From IMG/VR virus record IMGVR_UViG_3300032329_000297, positions 1-54,411 of that record: a stretch of 54,411 nt of DNA; one strand, written 5' to 3'. A program made the translations under genes and the position numbers. Positions 9,161-20,052 of the stretch are shown piece by piece. Below the pieces are notes generated by a model. That model ran no database searches. It was given only the letters and a program-made list of their open reading frames with translations, and had not been told where the DNA came from. This stretch comes from a virus (lineage: Duplodnaviria; Caudoviricetes). Numbering within the stretch: position 1 is the stretch's first letter; each line of letters begins with the position of its first letter.

Positions 9161-12100
9161 TGGTAGCGGCAGTAGAACTTGATCCGGATGCTTTAGAGCA
9201 ACGAGAAGCCGCCAAAGCCGCACAGGCGGCCTACCTTGCCACGCCTGAAGGAAAGTTAGCCACGAGAGCGCAACAACTTTCTGGCGACTACGGCGATGTG
9301 AGGCAGGTTGACCCAAAGAATGTACCTGCAATCGAGGCTCTTCTCACGCAGATTGGAACCGAAAACGAAGCAACGAGGGCGATTGCCGCTACTCTTGCGC
9401 AGAAGTACGGGATTACTGACCTCAACGAAGTAGGAACAAGGCAGGGGACCAAGCAAGAATACGACCCCAATCAAGAAGCCTACGTCAATGTTCCGGCGAC
9501 TGAGTATTACAACAAGGTCACCAACGCGGCAATTCCACAGAACTTTGCCACTTACGATAATGGCAAGGCCACTTATTACTTTGGACTTGACACAACCAAA
9601 GACGGGAACCTGACGTTCAATCAACCTCAGCAGCCCAACCCGCGAGCCAGCGGAGAGTTCAAAGCAATTGCACTCCCCGCACTTGCGTTGGCCAGTCTGG
9701 CGTTTGATTGGTCTGGCCAGACGGGTTATGCCATCCTTGGCGCTGGAGATGCGGTTGCGGGGGCCGTAGCGGCCGGTGAGATGGCGGCATCAATATCTGC
9801 AGCCACCGGTATCACTGTCGGCGCCAATGCTATTGCAACCGGGATTGGCTCTGCGGCAGTTAACACTGCAACCACTTACGCTAGAACCGGAGACATTAAC
9901 ACCGCGCTTGCCACGGGGGCATCTTCTTTTGTCACGAGCGTCGGAAGTGCAGCAGCAGCAGGCACGGTTGGCGCTGCTTTAACTGCCGCAGACGTAAACC
10001 CAGCGCTGACTAATTATTTGTCTTCGGCAATTGCTGGGGCAACTGGCACTGCGTTGGCTGGCGGATCGGTTGACCTATCAAAGGTTGTCAATAGTGCATT
10101 GGCCACGGCGGCCAGCGTTGGGGTGACCAATGCTGCCACTCCCTACGTTGGCGCTGACGTAGCCAAAGGACTTGGCGCAGCCACCCAGACGTATATCACC
10201 ACTGGCAACACTGATGCTGCGATTCAAAACGGATTGTTCACCGGCGTTGGCTCTGCGCTCAAGGGCGCCTTGCAACCCAAGAAGTCTGACTATACCCAAG
10301 AGCAAATCAACAGCGGCAAGTACGATCAGGACCTGAAGAACTGGGCAACCATCAACCCAGAGTCTTCGCAGGCTGCCGGAATGGGTGAAACCGCCCAAAC
10401 ACCGATTGGGGCTACCAGCGCTGCCAATTACAACAAAACAGCGGGTGAATACACTTCAATTCTTAACGAACAAAATCAAAAAATCAATGAGTACAAAGGT
10501 TTTTATGAAAATCAATTTAAGCCGGTGTACGAGCAAGAAAAGTCGCTTGTCTCAAATATAAACGACAAAATAAATCTTTATAAAGATTACATTGCCAGAT
10601 GGAACGCAAACGACCCAGACGCGCCTCATTGGCGTGATGCGGCAAACAAACTTGCTCCAGAAATTCAAGCACTTAATTCGGAACTTGCCAACTTTCGCCA
10701 AGTCAATGCCCCGTTATATCAACAGCAACAAGAGTTATTTAGTGGAATTAAAGCATACGATCCAAAACTAAATGATCTGCAAACAACGCTTGATGCTCAA
10801 AGGCAACTCTTTCACACAGATCAAAGCACAACTGGCGTTGATGAAAACGGCGCACTGACGTACACGCCTGCTAGGTTTGACATTCAAAACCTCCCTCAAG
10901 TTGCATCTACTGGCAATTTGACTGGAATTGATTTTATTGATGAGCAGGGCGTTGCTCATGCAACTCTTCCACGAGTTGAGGTCACTGCAAGTTCAATTGA
11001 TAAGGCGTTTGAAAACGCACCAGACGTAATCAAGCAATTAATTGCCACCGGTGCTCAAGGGTTTGGCGAACAGATCACGACGTTTGCCAACGCTTACTCG
11101 GCGCTCACGGGCACTCCGTTTGGCAATGCTATGGCCAACATTGGCAACAACCTCAGCATCTGGGGCGCCAATCGAGACAGCACTGACCTAGCGGCACAAA
11201 CCAAAGCGTTCAACGCGGACCGTCAAAAGGCAGAGTCAATGCCTTGGTACGAGTCTCCCGGTTTTATTGTCAAGTCTGCAATGAAGAACCCGCTTGGGTT
11301 CATCTCTGAAGTTGGCAAAGAAAGAAGTCAAGAGATTGTGCCGGCGCTCGTTGGCGGGTTGGCTGCTGCTGCAGGCTTGTACTTTGGCGCTCCGATTGCC
11401 TCTGTTGCCGCGCTTGCTGCCGCCGGGTCTGCCCTGTCCGATGCGTTTGAGTCTTTCGGTTCTGGCGCAAAGGAAGCCTACGACGCTGCAATAAAGAAAG
11501 GGGCCACTGAACAGCAAGCCAGAAACACTGGAATCCTGAACGGAACCATTCATGCTTTGGTTACGGCGCCAACCGAATTCATTGCAGACAAGGCGCTGTT
11601 CAAAACCTACACAGACGGAATCACCAAAGGGCTCACTGGGCTGATCACTCAGTACGGCAGCGCAAACGTGCGCGAGATTGGTCAAGAGGTTCTTGAGACC
11701 TACGCTCAAGGGGTTTCCACTGCGTTGACTACCGGTCAACCAATTAACCTCAATGCTCTGACGGCGCAGGCGTGGACGGCCGGAATGGTCTCGTCTGGAA
11801 CTCATGCTGGCATGAGCACCGAGGGCGCCATCAAAGACGCGGTAGTGGCGAAAGACTTCAGCGGCAACAACGTCACGCTTGCTGAGATGACATCCGGGTC
11901 CAAGTTGGTTGACCCGAGCACGATGAGGGCTGACGCGGTGATTGGCACCGCGGCGAACGGAACAAAGCAAACCCTTGGCTATGCCATGGCGGCATCGAGA
12001 GATCTGGGGTTAACGACTCCAGAACTGTCGCAGTTCATGCCGGCGTCAATGCTGTCCAACGACCTTGTGATTGCCACGCTGCCGGGTGGCACCCCGGTAA

Positions 12101-14094
12101 CCATGGCCGACATGAGTCGGTTTGAGCAGACCGGTGGATCTCCGCAGACGTTCATGGAGAGCCTGTCAACCTCAAACCCGGTGGCGTTTGCAAACACCTA
12201 CGTCAGCCCGACTGCCTCGTCAACGGAAAGCCAGTTTCAGACCCAGACGTTCTTTGACAATTCGGTGGCCGCCAAAATCCAAGCAGGCGCAAGCCCTCTG
12301 GACGCCACCAAATCAACCTTGTCGTCGATGGGAATCCCTGCCAGTGGGGTTAACCTCACCGCACTGAGCCAGACGCTTGGAGGCCAGAACAATGCCGTAG
12401 CAGCGGTTACTACACCAACGACCGCACCGACGGGTGGAACTACAACCAGCCCCGCGGCAGGAGGAGCAACCACCCCCGCACCCGGCGGAACTACAACTAC
12501 GCCGGGCGGAACAACCGCAACACTTGGCGGAACAACGACCCCGGCTTCTGGTGGAACCACAACCGCGCCTGCAGGAACAACAACGACCCCTGTTTCCGGC
12601 GGCACAACAACGGCCGCAGGGACAACTACCCCTAGCGGAACGGCGACGACTACGCCGGTTTCTCAAAACACGATCGGTGCTGATGTAGCGGCAAACGCTA
12701 TCCGATCGGCTGGCATGGACCCGACGGGCATGACGCCGGCTCAGATGGATGATGCATTGGCCAAGATTGAGCCGGGTGCAAAGTTCACTGTAGTTCCAAC
12801 GGTCAGCGCAGCCACTGCGCCTACAACCACCGCGGCAATTACCGCTGCGACCGGAACAAACACTGCGGCAAATGCGGCAACAAATACGGCAGCCACGACC
12901 GGGGCAAACGCCGCAGCCAACGCCGCAACCAATGCCGCTAATAACGCTGCCACCGCTGTAACCACCGGGGTCAATCCTGCGGCGGCCACAGGCGCGGCGG
13001 TGACAACGGCCGTTAATAACGGTGCCAATACAAACACGGCCACTAACGCCGCGGTAACCGGTGCGGTGACTGCTGGGGCCAATCCAACTTCTGCTGTCAC
13101 TGGTGCCGTCAATGCAGCAACTGCAGCAGGCACCAATCCAACGACGGCAACCACGGTAGCAACTAACGCCGCCACAAACGCGGCAACCAACGTAGCGACC
13201 AACACGGCTGTCAATACCAACGTCAACACAAACGTCAACCCGAATGTCAATCCCAATGTAACAACCGGAGGAACAGCAACTAGTGCAAATGCACCACCTG
13301 CAACGGTTGCACCACCTGCAAGCGCCCCCCCGTCCAATGCAGCGCTTGACGCACTTCAGGCTCAGATTGCTGCGCAGAACAAGTTGATTGCGGACGAGGC
13401 TGCCAAAAAGAAGGCTGCTGACGATGAAGCCAACAGGGTTGCGTCGAACCAAAGAGCAATGCAGTTCCTTGCTCCTGCCGCCAAGCCTGCGTCATCAAAT
13501 AACGTGCTTCCGGCGGTGACGGCGTCTATAATTGGCGGTAAATCAGGGTTTGTTAGTCCGCTTGAAGCGTTTTCCAAAATGGTTCAAAAGGATCAATACA
13601 TCCCGCAACAGCAACAACAGCCCGAGGGGGCTCTCATGCAGGCTTCTCCTTACGCTTACGGAAAACAAACTGACTTAAACGAAATTTTTGGTCTCAATGA
13701 CCAACAAGATCAAGTTGAGCAGCAGGCCAAATCCGGAGGACTGATGACCCCTTTAATGGCCACCGGCGGGACTACCCGGTACGGAAAGTTTGCCGGGGGT
13801 GGGTTGAATGTGGTACACCATGCTGGGAAGATGAGGGTTGACTTCAGGAGCGGTGACGCCGTTACCGGAGCCGGAGACGGGCAGTCTGACGACATCCCTG
13901 CCATGCTTGCTGACGGAGAGTTTGTGATTCCTGCGGACGTTGTAGCGGCTCTTGGCAACGGTTCAACGAAGGCCGGGTCTGATGCCCTCTACGAGATGAT
14001 GCATTCGATCCGGGCCCGTGCTCGCAAGGGTCACCCCAAGTCATTGCCACCACCGGCCAAGTCGCCGCTGGACTACATTAGCAAAAGGAAGTAA
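9160..14094 (+). CDS. Large internal virion/ejection protein with low-complexity T/A/N region and C-terminal G.GDG.SD.IPAML.DGEFV domain
   Basis: 1644 aa; hydrophobic Ala/Gly segments; C-terminal domain resembles that of tape-measure/ejection proteins. Confidence 0.7.
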   Translation: MVAAVELDPDALEQREAAKAAQAAYLATPEGKLATRAQQLSGDYGDVRQVDPKNVPAIEALLTQIGTENEATRAIAATLAQKYGITDLNEVGTRQGTKQEYDPNQEAYVNVPATEYYNKVTNAAIPQNFATYDNGKATYYFGLDTTKDGNLTFNQPQQPNPRASGEFKAIALPALALASLAFDWSGQTGYAILGAGDAVAGAVAAGEMAASISAATGITVGANAIATGIGSAAVNTATTYARTGDINTALATGASSFVTSVGSAAAAGTVGAALTAADVNPALTNYLSSAIAGATGTALAGGSVDLSKVVNSALATAASVGVTNAATPYVGADVAKGLGAATQTYITTGNTDAAIQNGLFTGVGSALKGALQPKKSDYTQEQINSGKYDQDLKNWATINPESSQAAGMGETAQTPIGATSAANYNKTAGEYTSILNEQNQKINEYKGFYENQFKPVYEQEKSLVSNINDKINLYKDYIARWNANDPDAPHWRDAANKLAPEIQALNSELANFRQVNAPLYQQQQELFSGIKAYDPKLNDLQTTLDAQRQLFHTDQSTTGVDENGALTYTPARFDIQNLPQVASTGNLTGIDFIDEQGVAHATLPRVEVTASSIDKAFENAPDVIKQLIATGAQGFGEQITTFANAYSALTGTPFGNAMANIGNNLSIWGANRDSTDLAAQTKAFNADRQKAESMPWYESPGFIVKSAMKNPLGFISEVGKERSQEIVPALVGGLAAAAGLYFGAPIASVAALAAAGSALSDAFESFGSGAKEAYDAAIKKGATEQQARNTGILNGTIHALVTAPTEFIADKALFKTYTDGITKGLTGLITQYGSANVREIGQEVLETYAQGVSTALTTGQPINLNALTAQAWTAGMVSSGTHAGMSTEGAIKDAVVAKDFSGNNVTLAEMTSGSKLVDPSTMRADAVIGTAANGTKQTLGYAMAASRDLGLTTPELSQFMPASMLSNDLVIATLPGGTPVTMADMSRFEQTGGSPQTFMESLSTSNPVAFANTYVSPTASSTESQFQTQTFFDNSVAAKIQAGASPLDATKSTLSSMGIPASGVNLTALSQTLGGQNNAVAAVTTPTTAPTGGTTTSPAAGGATTPAPGGTTTTPGGTTATLGGTTTPASGGTTTAPAGTTTTPVSGGTTTAAGTTTPSGTATTTPVSQNTIGADVAANAIRSAGMDPTGMTPAQMDDALAKIEPGAKFTVVPTVSAATAPTTTAAITAATGTNTAANAATNTAATTGANAAANAATNAANNAATAVTTGVNPAAATGAAVTTAVNNGANTNTATNAAVTGAVTAGANPTSAVTGAVNAATAAGTNPTTATTVATNAATNAATNVATNTAVNTNVNTNVNPNVNPNVTTGGTATSANAPPATVAPPASAPPSNAALDALQAQIAAQNKLIADEAAKKKAADDEANRVASNQRAMQFLAPAAKPASSNNVLPAVTASIIGGKSGFVSPLEAFSKMVQKDQYIPQQQQQPEGALMQASPYAYGKQTDLNEIFGLNDQQDQVEQQAKSGGLMTPLMATGGTTRYGKFAGGGLNVVHHAGKMRVDFRSGDAVTGAGDGQSDDIPAMLADGEFVIPADVVAALGNGSTKAGSDALYEMMHSIRARARKGHPKSLPPPAKSPLDYISKRK

Positions 14095-14096
14095 TC

Positions 14097-15041
14097 ATGG
14101 GCTTCGCTCAAGGTGATCCGTTACCGGACGTAACTAAGACCACGACGACGGTCCAGAACGCGCCGTCTTGGTACACCGACGTAACCAAGGGACTGTCAAC
14201 CGCAGCAACAACTAACCTTGCTCGAACCGGGGCGCAATCGGTTGCCGGGCTAGATCCTCTTCAGACGAAGGGATATGGTCAAGTTGCCGGGGCTGCTGGG
14301 TCGTACGTTCCGGAATTGACAAATGCCGAGGCTACGGCTGCAGGAGCGGCTAAAGGTATTGATTACAGCAAAATTCAGGACTACATGGATCCGTATCGGA
14401 ACCAAGTGGTCAATGAAATGGCGCGGTTAGGAAACCAGAACTTCCAACGTAACGTCTTGCCGGGTTTGGCCGGACAGTTTGTTGGAACTGGTGGTCTTGG
14501 TAGTCAACGGTTTGCAAACGCCGCAGGACAGTCGGCAACGGACTTTCAATCAAACTTGCTAGGTCAACAAACTGGCGCTCTGTCCAAGGCTTACAGTGAC
14601 GCTGTGAACGCTGCCAAAGCCCAGTCGGAGTTGCAGAACAACGCCGCAATAACGCAGGGCAACCTTGCAAGCAAGGAACAAGAACTTGGCCTGACCGGCG
14701 CTGGTGCTCTAACGAAAGCCGGCGGGGAACTGCAGAAGTACCAGCAGAGCATCCTTGATGCACCGGCGCTCAATGCTAAGAATGCTTCTGATTTACTGCG
14801 TGGGTACACTTTGCCAACCGATCAAACCGTCAAGTTTGTTGGCCCTGACGCTGGCTCTTACAGTTCGTCTGATCTTTCAAACATTCTTGGCGTAGGTTCA
14901 CTTCTTGGTGGATTCAAAGATAAAAGCACTGGTAGTGATTTTATGAATTGGCTAGGCCAAAATGCCGGTTCCCTAAGCAAAGAAGCATTAGGTGGGTTGA
15001 AAAACATATTCAGCGGAAGCAACGGCACGCCTCCCATTTAA
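14097..15041 (+). CDS. Ejection/DNA-transfer (pilot-like) protein
   Basis: Q/A/G-rich; YMDPY..QV and GG.GS.R motifs. Confidence 0.65.
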   Translation: MGFAQGDPLPDVTKTTTTVQNAPSWYTDVTKGLSTAATTNLARTGAQSVAGLDPLQTKGYGQVAGAAGSYVPELTNAEATAAGAAKGIDYSKIQDYMDPYRNQVVNEMARLGNQNFQRNVLPGLAGQFVGTGGLGSQRFANAAGQSATDFQSNLLGQQTGALSKAYSDAVNAAKAQSELQNNAAITQGNLASKEQELGLTGAGALTKAGGELQKYQQSILDAPALNAKNASDLLRGYTLPTDQTVKFVGPDAGSYSSSDLSNILGVGSLLGGFKDKSTGSDFMNWLGQNAGSLSKEALGGLKNIFSGSNGTPPI

Positions 15042-15063
15042 TTGATTAAAACGGACAATTCAA

Positions 15064-16893
15064 ATGGCAGAACCAAAAGGCGGTCTTGGCTACATTGGGG
15101 ACAACCCCAAAGCCATTGAAGACTCAGAAGCCGCTCTTGAAAGACTATCTAAGGCTTTGGAGTCACGCGGGGGCGGTATGTTCGACCCCCAGATGTTGGC
15201 ATTGGCTGAAGGTTTTCTTGCGCCCACTCGCAGCGGTGGATTTGGTGAGTCGCTAGGTAATGCTGCCAATCGCCTGCGCCTTGCTCAAGAGTCACAAGGC
15301 AAACAAGAAATTGAAAACGCTCAAGCGCAACTTGGTTTGATCCAGCAAAAGGCTGCGCTTGAACAGCAGCGGTCGGCTGGTGCCGGGTATAAAACCCTTG
15401 AAGAAGAATATGGGTTACGTCCTAAGGCACCTCCCGTTGGCACTCCTATGGAGGCCCCAAAAGCAATTTCTGTTGGCCAGCCTGTTGTAGGTCAACCTGA
15501 ACCAGCAACGTCTTCTATGTTCAACATGGAGATTCCGTTTGCGACACCAGCGCCAGTGGACAAGGCCGCAATCATTGCGAAGAACAAGGCCGCCGGAGTT
15601 GTTAACCCTGCAATTACAAGGTTGGAAATTCAGAAAGCCGAGCGCGACAATATTGACATGAAGGAAGGTTTTATTCTTGACCGCAATACCGGCAAGATTC
15701 GGTTGATTCCAAAGTTTGGCGAGGAGGATGTTCAAACTTACATCCCCGCATTTGAGGGGTTTGGCGGTGGAAACTTGAAGGTCTCAAAGGGCCTCAAGAG
15801 CGCTATGGATTACGCTGCGCAGTCTGGCAGCCCAGCGTATTGGGATCTGGCCAAACTTGCGGTTAACGGCCCTCCTAAACCCTCAGCGCAGCAACCAGAA
15901 GTGCAGCGTGCGCCTGCAGGACCTACTGCTGCACCGGGCGTACCGTCACCCACTCAGGTCGGTGCCGTGCAAACTGCAGCGCCAATGAAGGTGGAGCCAC
16001 TGCCACCGATGGAAGGCGTCAAGGGTGCTGTGCCACCGCCTGCTGCGGCCGCTGCACCACCTGCTGCTCAACCTGCCGCTCCTCAAAGGCGCCAAACCAT
16101 CGAAGAGGCTGAGGCCGCAAAGGCACGGCGTGAGATGGAGTTGCGTCTTGAAGAAGAGCGTAAGAAGGGTGAGCAAAAGGGCAAGCAAGAGAGAAGCGAA
16201 ATTCGTCCGGCTGCTTTAGAGAAGCAGGCTACTGAACAAGAAATAAATGCTCGAAAAGAAATTGCCGACAACAGTAAAGAGGCAAATGACACAATTTCGT
16301 TTGCCAACCAGTTTAGAAAATACGCCGAGTTGCCCGGCGCAAATAAAATGTTTGGCATTTTGAATAATGAAAAAATTTCTTCTGGAATTGCTGAACTTGT
16401 TGCAACCGGCGTTGGTGTTACAGGATATACAATTGGCATACCTGCAATTGAAAATGTCATGCGCAAGGCAAACTTGACTCCGGCTGAACAAGCACAGTAC
16501 AGGAGTTTTTTGCAACTTACTACTCAGTTGCAGTTGCAGCAGGCCAAATACATGAAAGGTTCGGTTAGTAACTACGAACGCACAATTGTTGCTGATGCTG
16601 TAATTGGACCCCAAGATACGCCTGAATCAATTCGCATGAAAGCGGACATTATGGCTGCTCGCGCCCAGTTTGATCGTCAAGTCGCAAAAAGATTCAAAGA
16701 CTCAAAACAAGACGCTGCTGCGTTTTTGTCGTCTGATCAATATCTTAATGAAATGATTCCAACCTATCACGATCGCTTGGCTCGATTGATTGGTGGTGAA
16801 ACAAGGTTGCAATCAAAACCTCCGTCACAACCGAAAACTCCGGCGCAAGGTTCTACAATTCCTCGTGCTGACGCTTTAGCGGGGATCAAGTAA
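15064..16893 (+). CDS. Ejection/internal virion protein
   Basis: LAPTRSGGFGESLG motif; G.VSNYE C-terminal motif; position. Confidence 0.6.
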   Translation: MAEPKGGLGYIGDNPKAIEDSEAALERLSKALESRGGGMFDPQMLALAEGFLAPTRSGGFGESLGNAANRLRLAQESQGKQEIENAQAQLGLIQQKAALEQQRSAGAGYKTLEEEYGLRPKAPPVGTPMEAPKAISVGQPVVGQPEPATSSMFNMEIPFATPAPVDKAAIIAKNKAAGVVNPAITRLEIQKAERDNIDMKEGFILDRNTGKIRLIPKFGEEDVQTYIPAFEGFGGGNLKVSKGLKSAMDYAAQSGSPAYWDLAKLAVNGPPKPSAQQPEVQRAPAGPTAAPGVPSPTQVGAVQTAAPMKVEPLPPMEGVKGAVPPPAAAAAPPAAQPAAPQRRQTIEEAEAAKARREMELRLEEERKKGEQKGKQERSEIRPAALEKQATEQEINARKEIADNSKEANDTISFANQFRKYAELPGANKMFGILNNEKISSGIAELVATGVGVTGYTIGIPAIENVMRKANLTPAEQAQYRSFLQLTTQLQLQQAKYMKGSVSNYERTIVADAVIGPQDTPESIRMKADIMAARAQFDRQVAKRFKDSKQDAAAFLSSDQYLNEMIPTYHDRLARLIGGETRLQSKPPSQPKTPAQGSTIPRADALAGIK

Positions 16894-18197
16894 TGGACAA
16901 GATTGAAGAGTTGGGCCAGTGGCTCCTTGCCAACCAATCTAAGAAAGACTCTTCTGAGTTTCAAGACAAGGTTTCTGAGTACCGCCTGTTGAGGTTTCAG
17001 CAGAAGTACCAAGAGGCATCGCAACTTCCGGACGGCGATCGGAAGGCTATGATCCTTGATCGTCTGCGCACTGAGATAACCAATGCCGGCGGAACCCCGG
17101 AGTTGACTCAAGGTCCAATGGTTACGCAAACACCGGAAGAAGGTGACTTTGTAGAGGTTCCTGCACCGCCAGCACCTGCGGCACCCTCAGTAGATAGGTC
17201 AGGCGCTGACGCTGCTTCTCGTTTCCTGATGGGCGGAATCGGCGCTGGCGTAGGCACCGCAGCATCTACCGCAGGGATAGCCTCCAACGCCCTTGCAAAC
17301 CGTTCTGCGCGTGTCGCAGGGATGCAGGAAGAGGCAAGGATAGCCGCGCAGGCTAGGGCCGCTGCACAGGCCGCGCAAGCGGGTGGCGCCGCTCCTGATG
17401 TTGTTCTGGCTGCGCCGAGCGGCAGCATGGTTAGCCGGCCGAGTGCGCCTGCTGCACCGGGTGGAGCACCGGGTGGAACGCCAGCACTTGGAACTCCTCG
17501 TGGCCCGGCAATGACCCCTGCTGGCGGCACCGGGGTTGCGAACTATGGGCAGGCTTTTGGTTTGCCTGAAATCGAACGTAACCGCGCTCTGGACATGACC
17601 AAGAACGAGGGCGGGGTTCATGACTTAACGACCAAGCGGCGCGAGGCTCTGAACACGCTGAGGCAGTTTGCTCCGGAGTACCGAGAACTGCCGAGCGGGT
17701 TGATGGTCAATACCCGCAACGCTCGTGAGCGATTCGTTCAAAACCCACAAGGCGCATTACCCGCTCCTACTCCGGCGGCATTGCCAGCGCCTGAGATGGG
17801 TCCTGCGCCGATGGTTGATGTAGTTGAACCTACCCTCAAACCCGCGGCCCCCGCTCGTGCCTATACGCCGCCAAAGCCGGGCCCGTTGGATCAAGTTGCT
17901 GACCTTTACAAACGGTTGATGAACACGCCAATTGTAGAGGGCGCTGGCCGCGTCATGCGCCGGGTTGCGCCACCAATTGCTGCTGCCGGTGCTGGTCTGG
18001 ATTTGGCCGAGATTGAGCACGAGTTGCGCAAGGAAGCCGCGCAGCGTGACTACCTGAAGATGGCGCTGAAGGGCGCCGGTGTTGCTGGCGGTGCTCTGTC
18101 TTTGATCCCACACCCGGCAACCATTGCGATCGGTTCCGGGCTGGGACTTGGTGCTGCTGGTCTGGAGTATCTAAAGGATAAAGGCTACTTCGACTGA
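16893..18197 (+). CDS. Ejection/internal virion protein
   Basis: Ala/Pro-rich with hydrophobic Gly-zipper C-terminus; last gene of the late operon. Confidence 0.55.
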   Translation: MDKIEELGQWLLANQSKKDSSEFQDKVSEYRLLRFQQKYQEASQLPDGDRKAMILDRLRTEITNAGGTPELTQGPMVTQTPEEGDFVEVPAPPAPAAPSVDRSGADAASRFLMGGIGAGVGTAASTAGIASNALANRSARVAGMQEEARIAAQARAAAQAAQAGGAAPDVVLAAPSGSMVSRPSAPAAPGGAPGGTPALGTPRGPAMTPAGGTGVANYGQAFGLPEIERNRALDMTKNEGGVHDLTTKRREALNTLRQFAPEYRELPSGLMVNTRNARERFVQNPQGALPAPTPAALPAPEMGPAPMVDVVEPTLKPAAPARAYTPPKPGPLDQVADLYKRLMNTPIVEGAGRVMRRVAPPIAAAGAGLDLAEIEHELRKEAAQRDYLKMALKGAGVAGGALSLIPHPATIAIGSGLGLGAAGLEYLKDKGYFD

Positions 18198-18418
18198 AAG
18201 AGTTTGGGGATCTCTCCTCCCCTAGACCCTGCAGGAGCAGGTTCAGCCCGTGCGATCACGGGCTTTTTTTCGCTCTGAGCAATGACGTACTGCTCAACGA
18301 TCCGAGCAAACTCCAACACGTCAACGTATCCGTATACCCCGTTTGGATTGCGAGACTTGTCTGTGTAGAAATACAACTGCTTGATCGTAGCGTCGGTCAG
18401 GTAGGACTTACTTAGCAT
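18185..18418 (-). CDS. Hypothetical protein
   Basis: End of leftward operon; coupled. Confidence 0.6.
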   Translation of the reverse strand: MLSKSYLTDATIKQLYFYTDKSRNPNGVYGYVDVLEFARIVEQYVIAQSEKKPVIARAEPAPAGSRGGEIPKLFQSK

Positions 18419-18620
18419 TCTTGGATCTCCAGAGTTCCCAGCGCATTATGCTGCCCTGCACCATGCTGCGGTGGGCGGTGCCCTTGTAGGGGTTCAGATC
18501 GGATTCGAGGAAGTCCTCAACGAGGCTTTTGTTGGCCAAGAAGAACTCGTGCTGTTCCGCCGACTCTTGGTCAGGGAACATTTCGCCGTCTGAGGTTTGG
18601 AAAGCGGTGACTGTTTTCAT
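18408..18620 (-). CDS. Hypothetical protein (MKTVTAFQTSDG...)
   Basis: ATG 18620 overlaps the nuclease stop. Confidence 0.6.
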   Translation of the reverse strand: MKTVTAFQTSDGEMFPDQESAEQHEFFLANKSLVEDFLESDLNPYKGTAHRSMVQGSIMRWELWRSKNAK

Positions 18621-19363
18621 TGGTGGTTGTTTTTGAGTTGCCAAAATTCCAGCAGGCACAGGAACATATTCCAGCCCTTCTGGATCTCTTCCTCGGTCCA
18701 TTCCTTCAGGAAGACAGTGCCGGGATGGGTACGGGAAACGAAGAGATTTGCACATCTGGCTTGATGGACTCCAAGGCCAACCCGGTAGGCGGCCAACTGC
18801 ATAAGGTGTTCATCAAACCCGTCAACCTTGTCACCGGGTGCAAATTCTTTGGTTTTGATGTCAACCACCGCGGTTGGGCAGTGCAGGTCACACTTCCCGC
18901 CAAACCCAAGTTCATGGCCAAACGATCGCTCTGCAATCCACTCTTGCTCGCCAAAGGTGCTACGCAGTAGATCGTTGGTTGCCTTAACGTGATCAAAGTG
19001 CCGAGACAGCGGGCGACCGGTCCAGAAGTCCTCGATGGAGTTGTGAATGTCCGTCCCGGCATCTGCGGCGGCCTTCCCAAGTTCCTTTGAGTCAACTAAA
19101 ACTCGACTCACAAAAGACTCATCAGTTTCCCCTTCCTTGCGAGTGAGGGTAAGGGCACTCATCAGCACCTGCTTCTGCATCCAGAGGATTAGGGCGGGCT
19201 TGTTTGCGACGTTGAGTATTGTGGTGACACTGGGAACCAGATTGCGGCTCCTAGCGTCTCTGAGCGTGGTTGCACGCTGCCCGGTAGAACCCATCACGGT
19301 GTACATGGGCTCTCCTGATCGCGTGTACCAATGCTCACTGGTTTTTGCTTTGGCAACGATCAT
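18617..19363 (-). CDS. PD-(D/E)XK exonuclease (Cas4/RecB-like)
   Basis: PSVTTIL, GTDIH, E...GGKCD...DIKT, QLAAY motifs. Confidence 0.88.
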   Translation of the reverse strand: MIVAKAKTSEHWYTRSGEPMYTVMGSTGQRATTLRDARSRNLVPSVTTILNVANKPALILWMQKQVLMSALTLTRKEGETDESFVSRVLVDSKELGKAAADAGTDIHNSIEDFWTGRPLSRHFDHVKATNDLLRSTFGEQEWIAERSFGHELGFGGKCDLHCPTAVVDIKTKEFAPGDKVDGFDEHLMQLAAYRVGLGVHQARCANLFVSRTHPGTVFLKEWTEEEIQKGWNMFLCLLEFWQLKNNHQ

Positions 19364-19505
19364 GTTCCTTCCCTTTGTTTTCGCCCACGATCACGAACGG
19401 GTGGGCTGGTTTGTTTTGCTTGAGATGGCCCTCAATCCACTTGTTGAGGTTTTTCAGGTCCTTGTTGAAAAGGACCCTATCCTCTTTGTCGAGGACGTTC
19501 CTCAT
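19335..19505 (-). CDS. Hypothetical 56-aa protein
   Basis: Translated by hand (MRNVLDKEDR...); fills an operon gap. Confidence 0.5.
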   Translation of the reverse strand: MRNVLDKEDRVLFNKDLKNLNKWIEGHLKQNKPAHPFVIVGENKGKEHDRCQSKNQ

Positions 19506-19873
19506 TACTGATAACGAGCCTCAGCAAACCTGATCAACTCAATCAGGTCGCTGAACCGTGGGTTCTTGAACTGGGGCCGGTCCCAAACAAATGCGGCAAT
19601 CTCATCTATCGTCAACGGTCGCACCGACTCAGGTGGCGGTGGTGGCTCAAACCCGGTGGCCAGCCAATCATGGTCAACCTTGAGGTACTCAGCAGCCTGC
19701 AGGATCACATCGTAAGGAGGCAGTTTTTTGACCATCCTTGCGTTCTCGTAGTGGCCAACCATGGTTGGATGGCAACTCATAATGTAACTCAGTTGGTCTT
19801 GAGTTCTGTTTGCCTTGGCTCGCGCAATTTTAAGGCGTTTGCCAAAATCGATAAGGTTTTGTTTCGTAGTCAA
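19505..19873 (-). CDS. XRE-family HTH protein
   Basis: FGKRLK.AR...TQ.QL...YEN...V..DWLATG. Confidence 0.85.
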   Translation of the reverse strand: MTTKQNLIDFGKRLKIARAKANRTQDQLSYIMSCHPTMVGHYENARMVKKLPPYDVILQAAEYLKVDHDWLATGFEPPPPPESVRPLTIDEIAAFVWDRPQFKNPRFSDLIELIRFAEARYQ

Positions 19874-20052
19874 TTGAATTTACCCACAAATAAATAAGTA
19901 AGACGCTTCAGTAAAGGCTCTTTGTAGTTAAGCAACATGGTTTGAAGCATTTCCATGTCGTAACTCACCGCTCCGGTGAAGTGAGGTGGCTGGTAAAGCC
20001 GGCCAATATGCTCCGGACCCCAGTCTTTAACGATCTTTCCGTGCTCAATCAT
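19870..20052 (-). CDS. Hypothetical protein (IG..Y.P..DM..LQ..LL family)
   Basis: RBS GAGGAGG; coupled. Confidence 0.6.
   Translation of the reverse strand: MIEHGKIVKDWGPEHIGRLYQPPHFTGAVSYDMEMLQTMLLNYKEPLLKRLTYLFVGKFN

Noticed and set aside
12237-13452. Long antisense ORFs (379, 198 and 122 aa)
   Set aside because: Shadows of the low-complexity sense ORF; the same applies to most nested ORFs in the track
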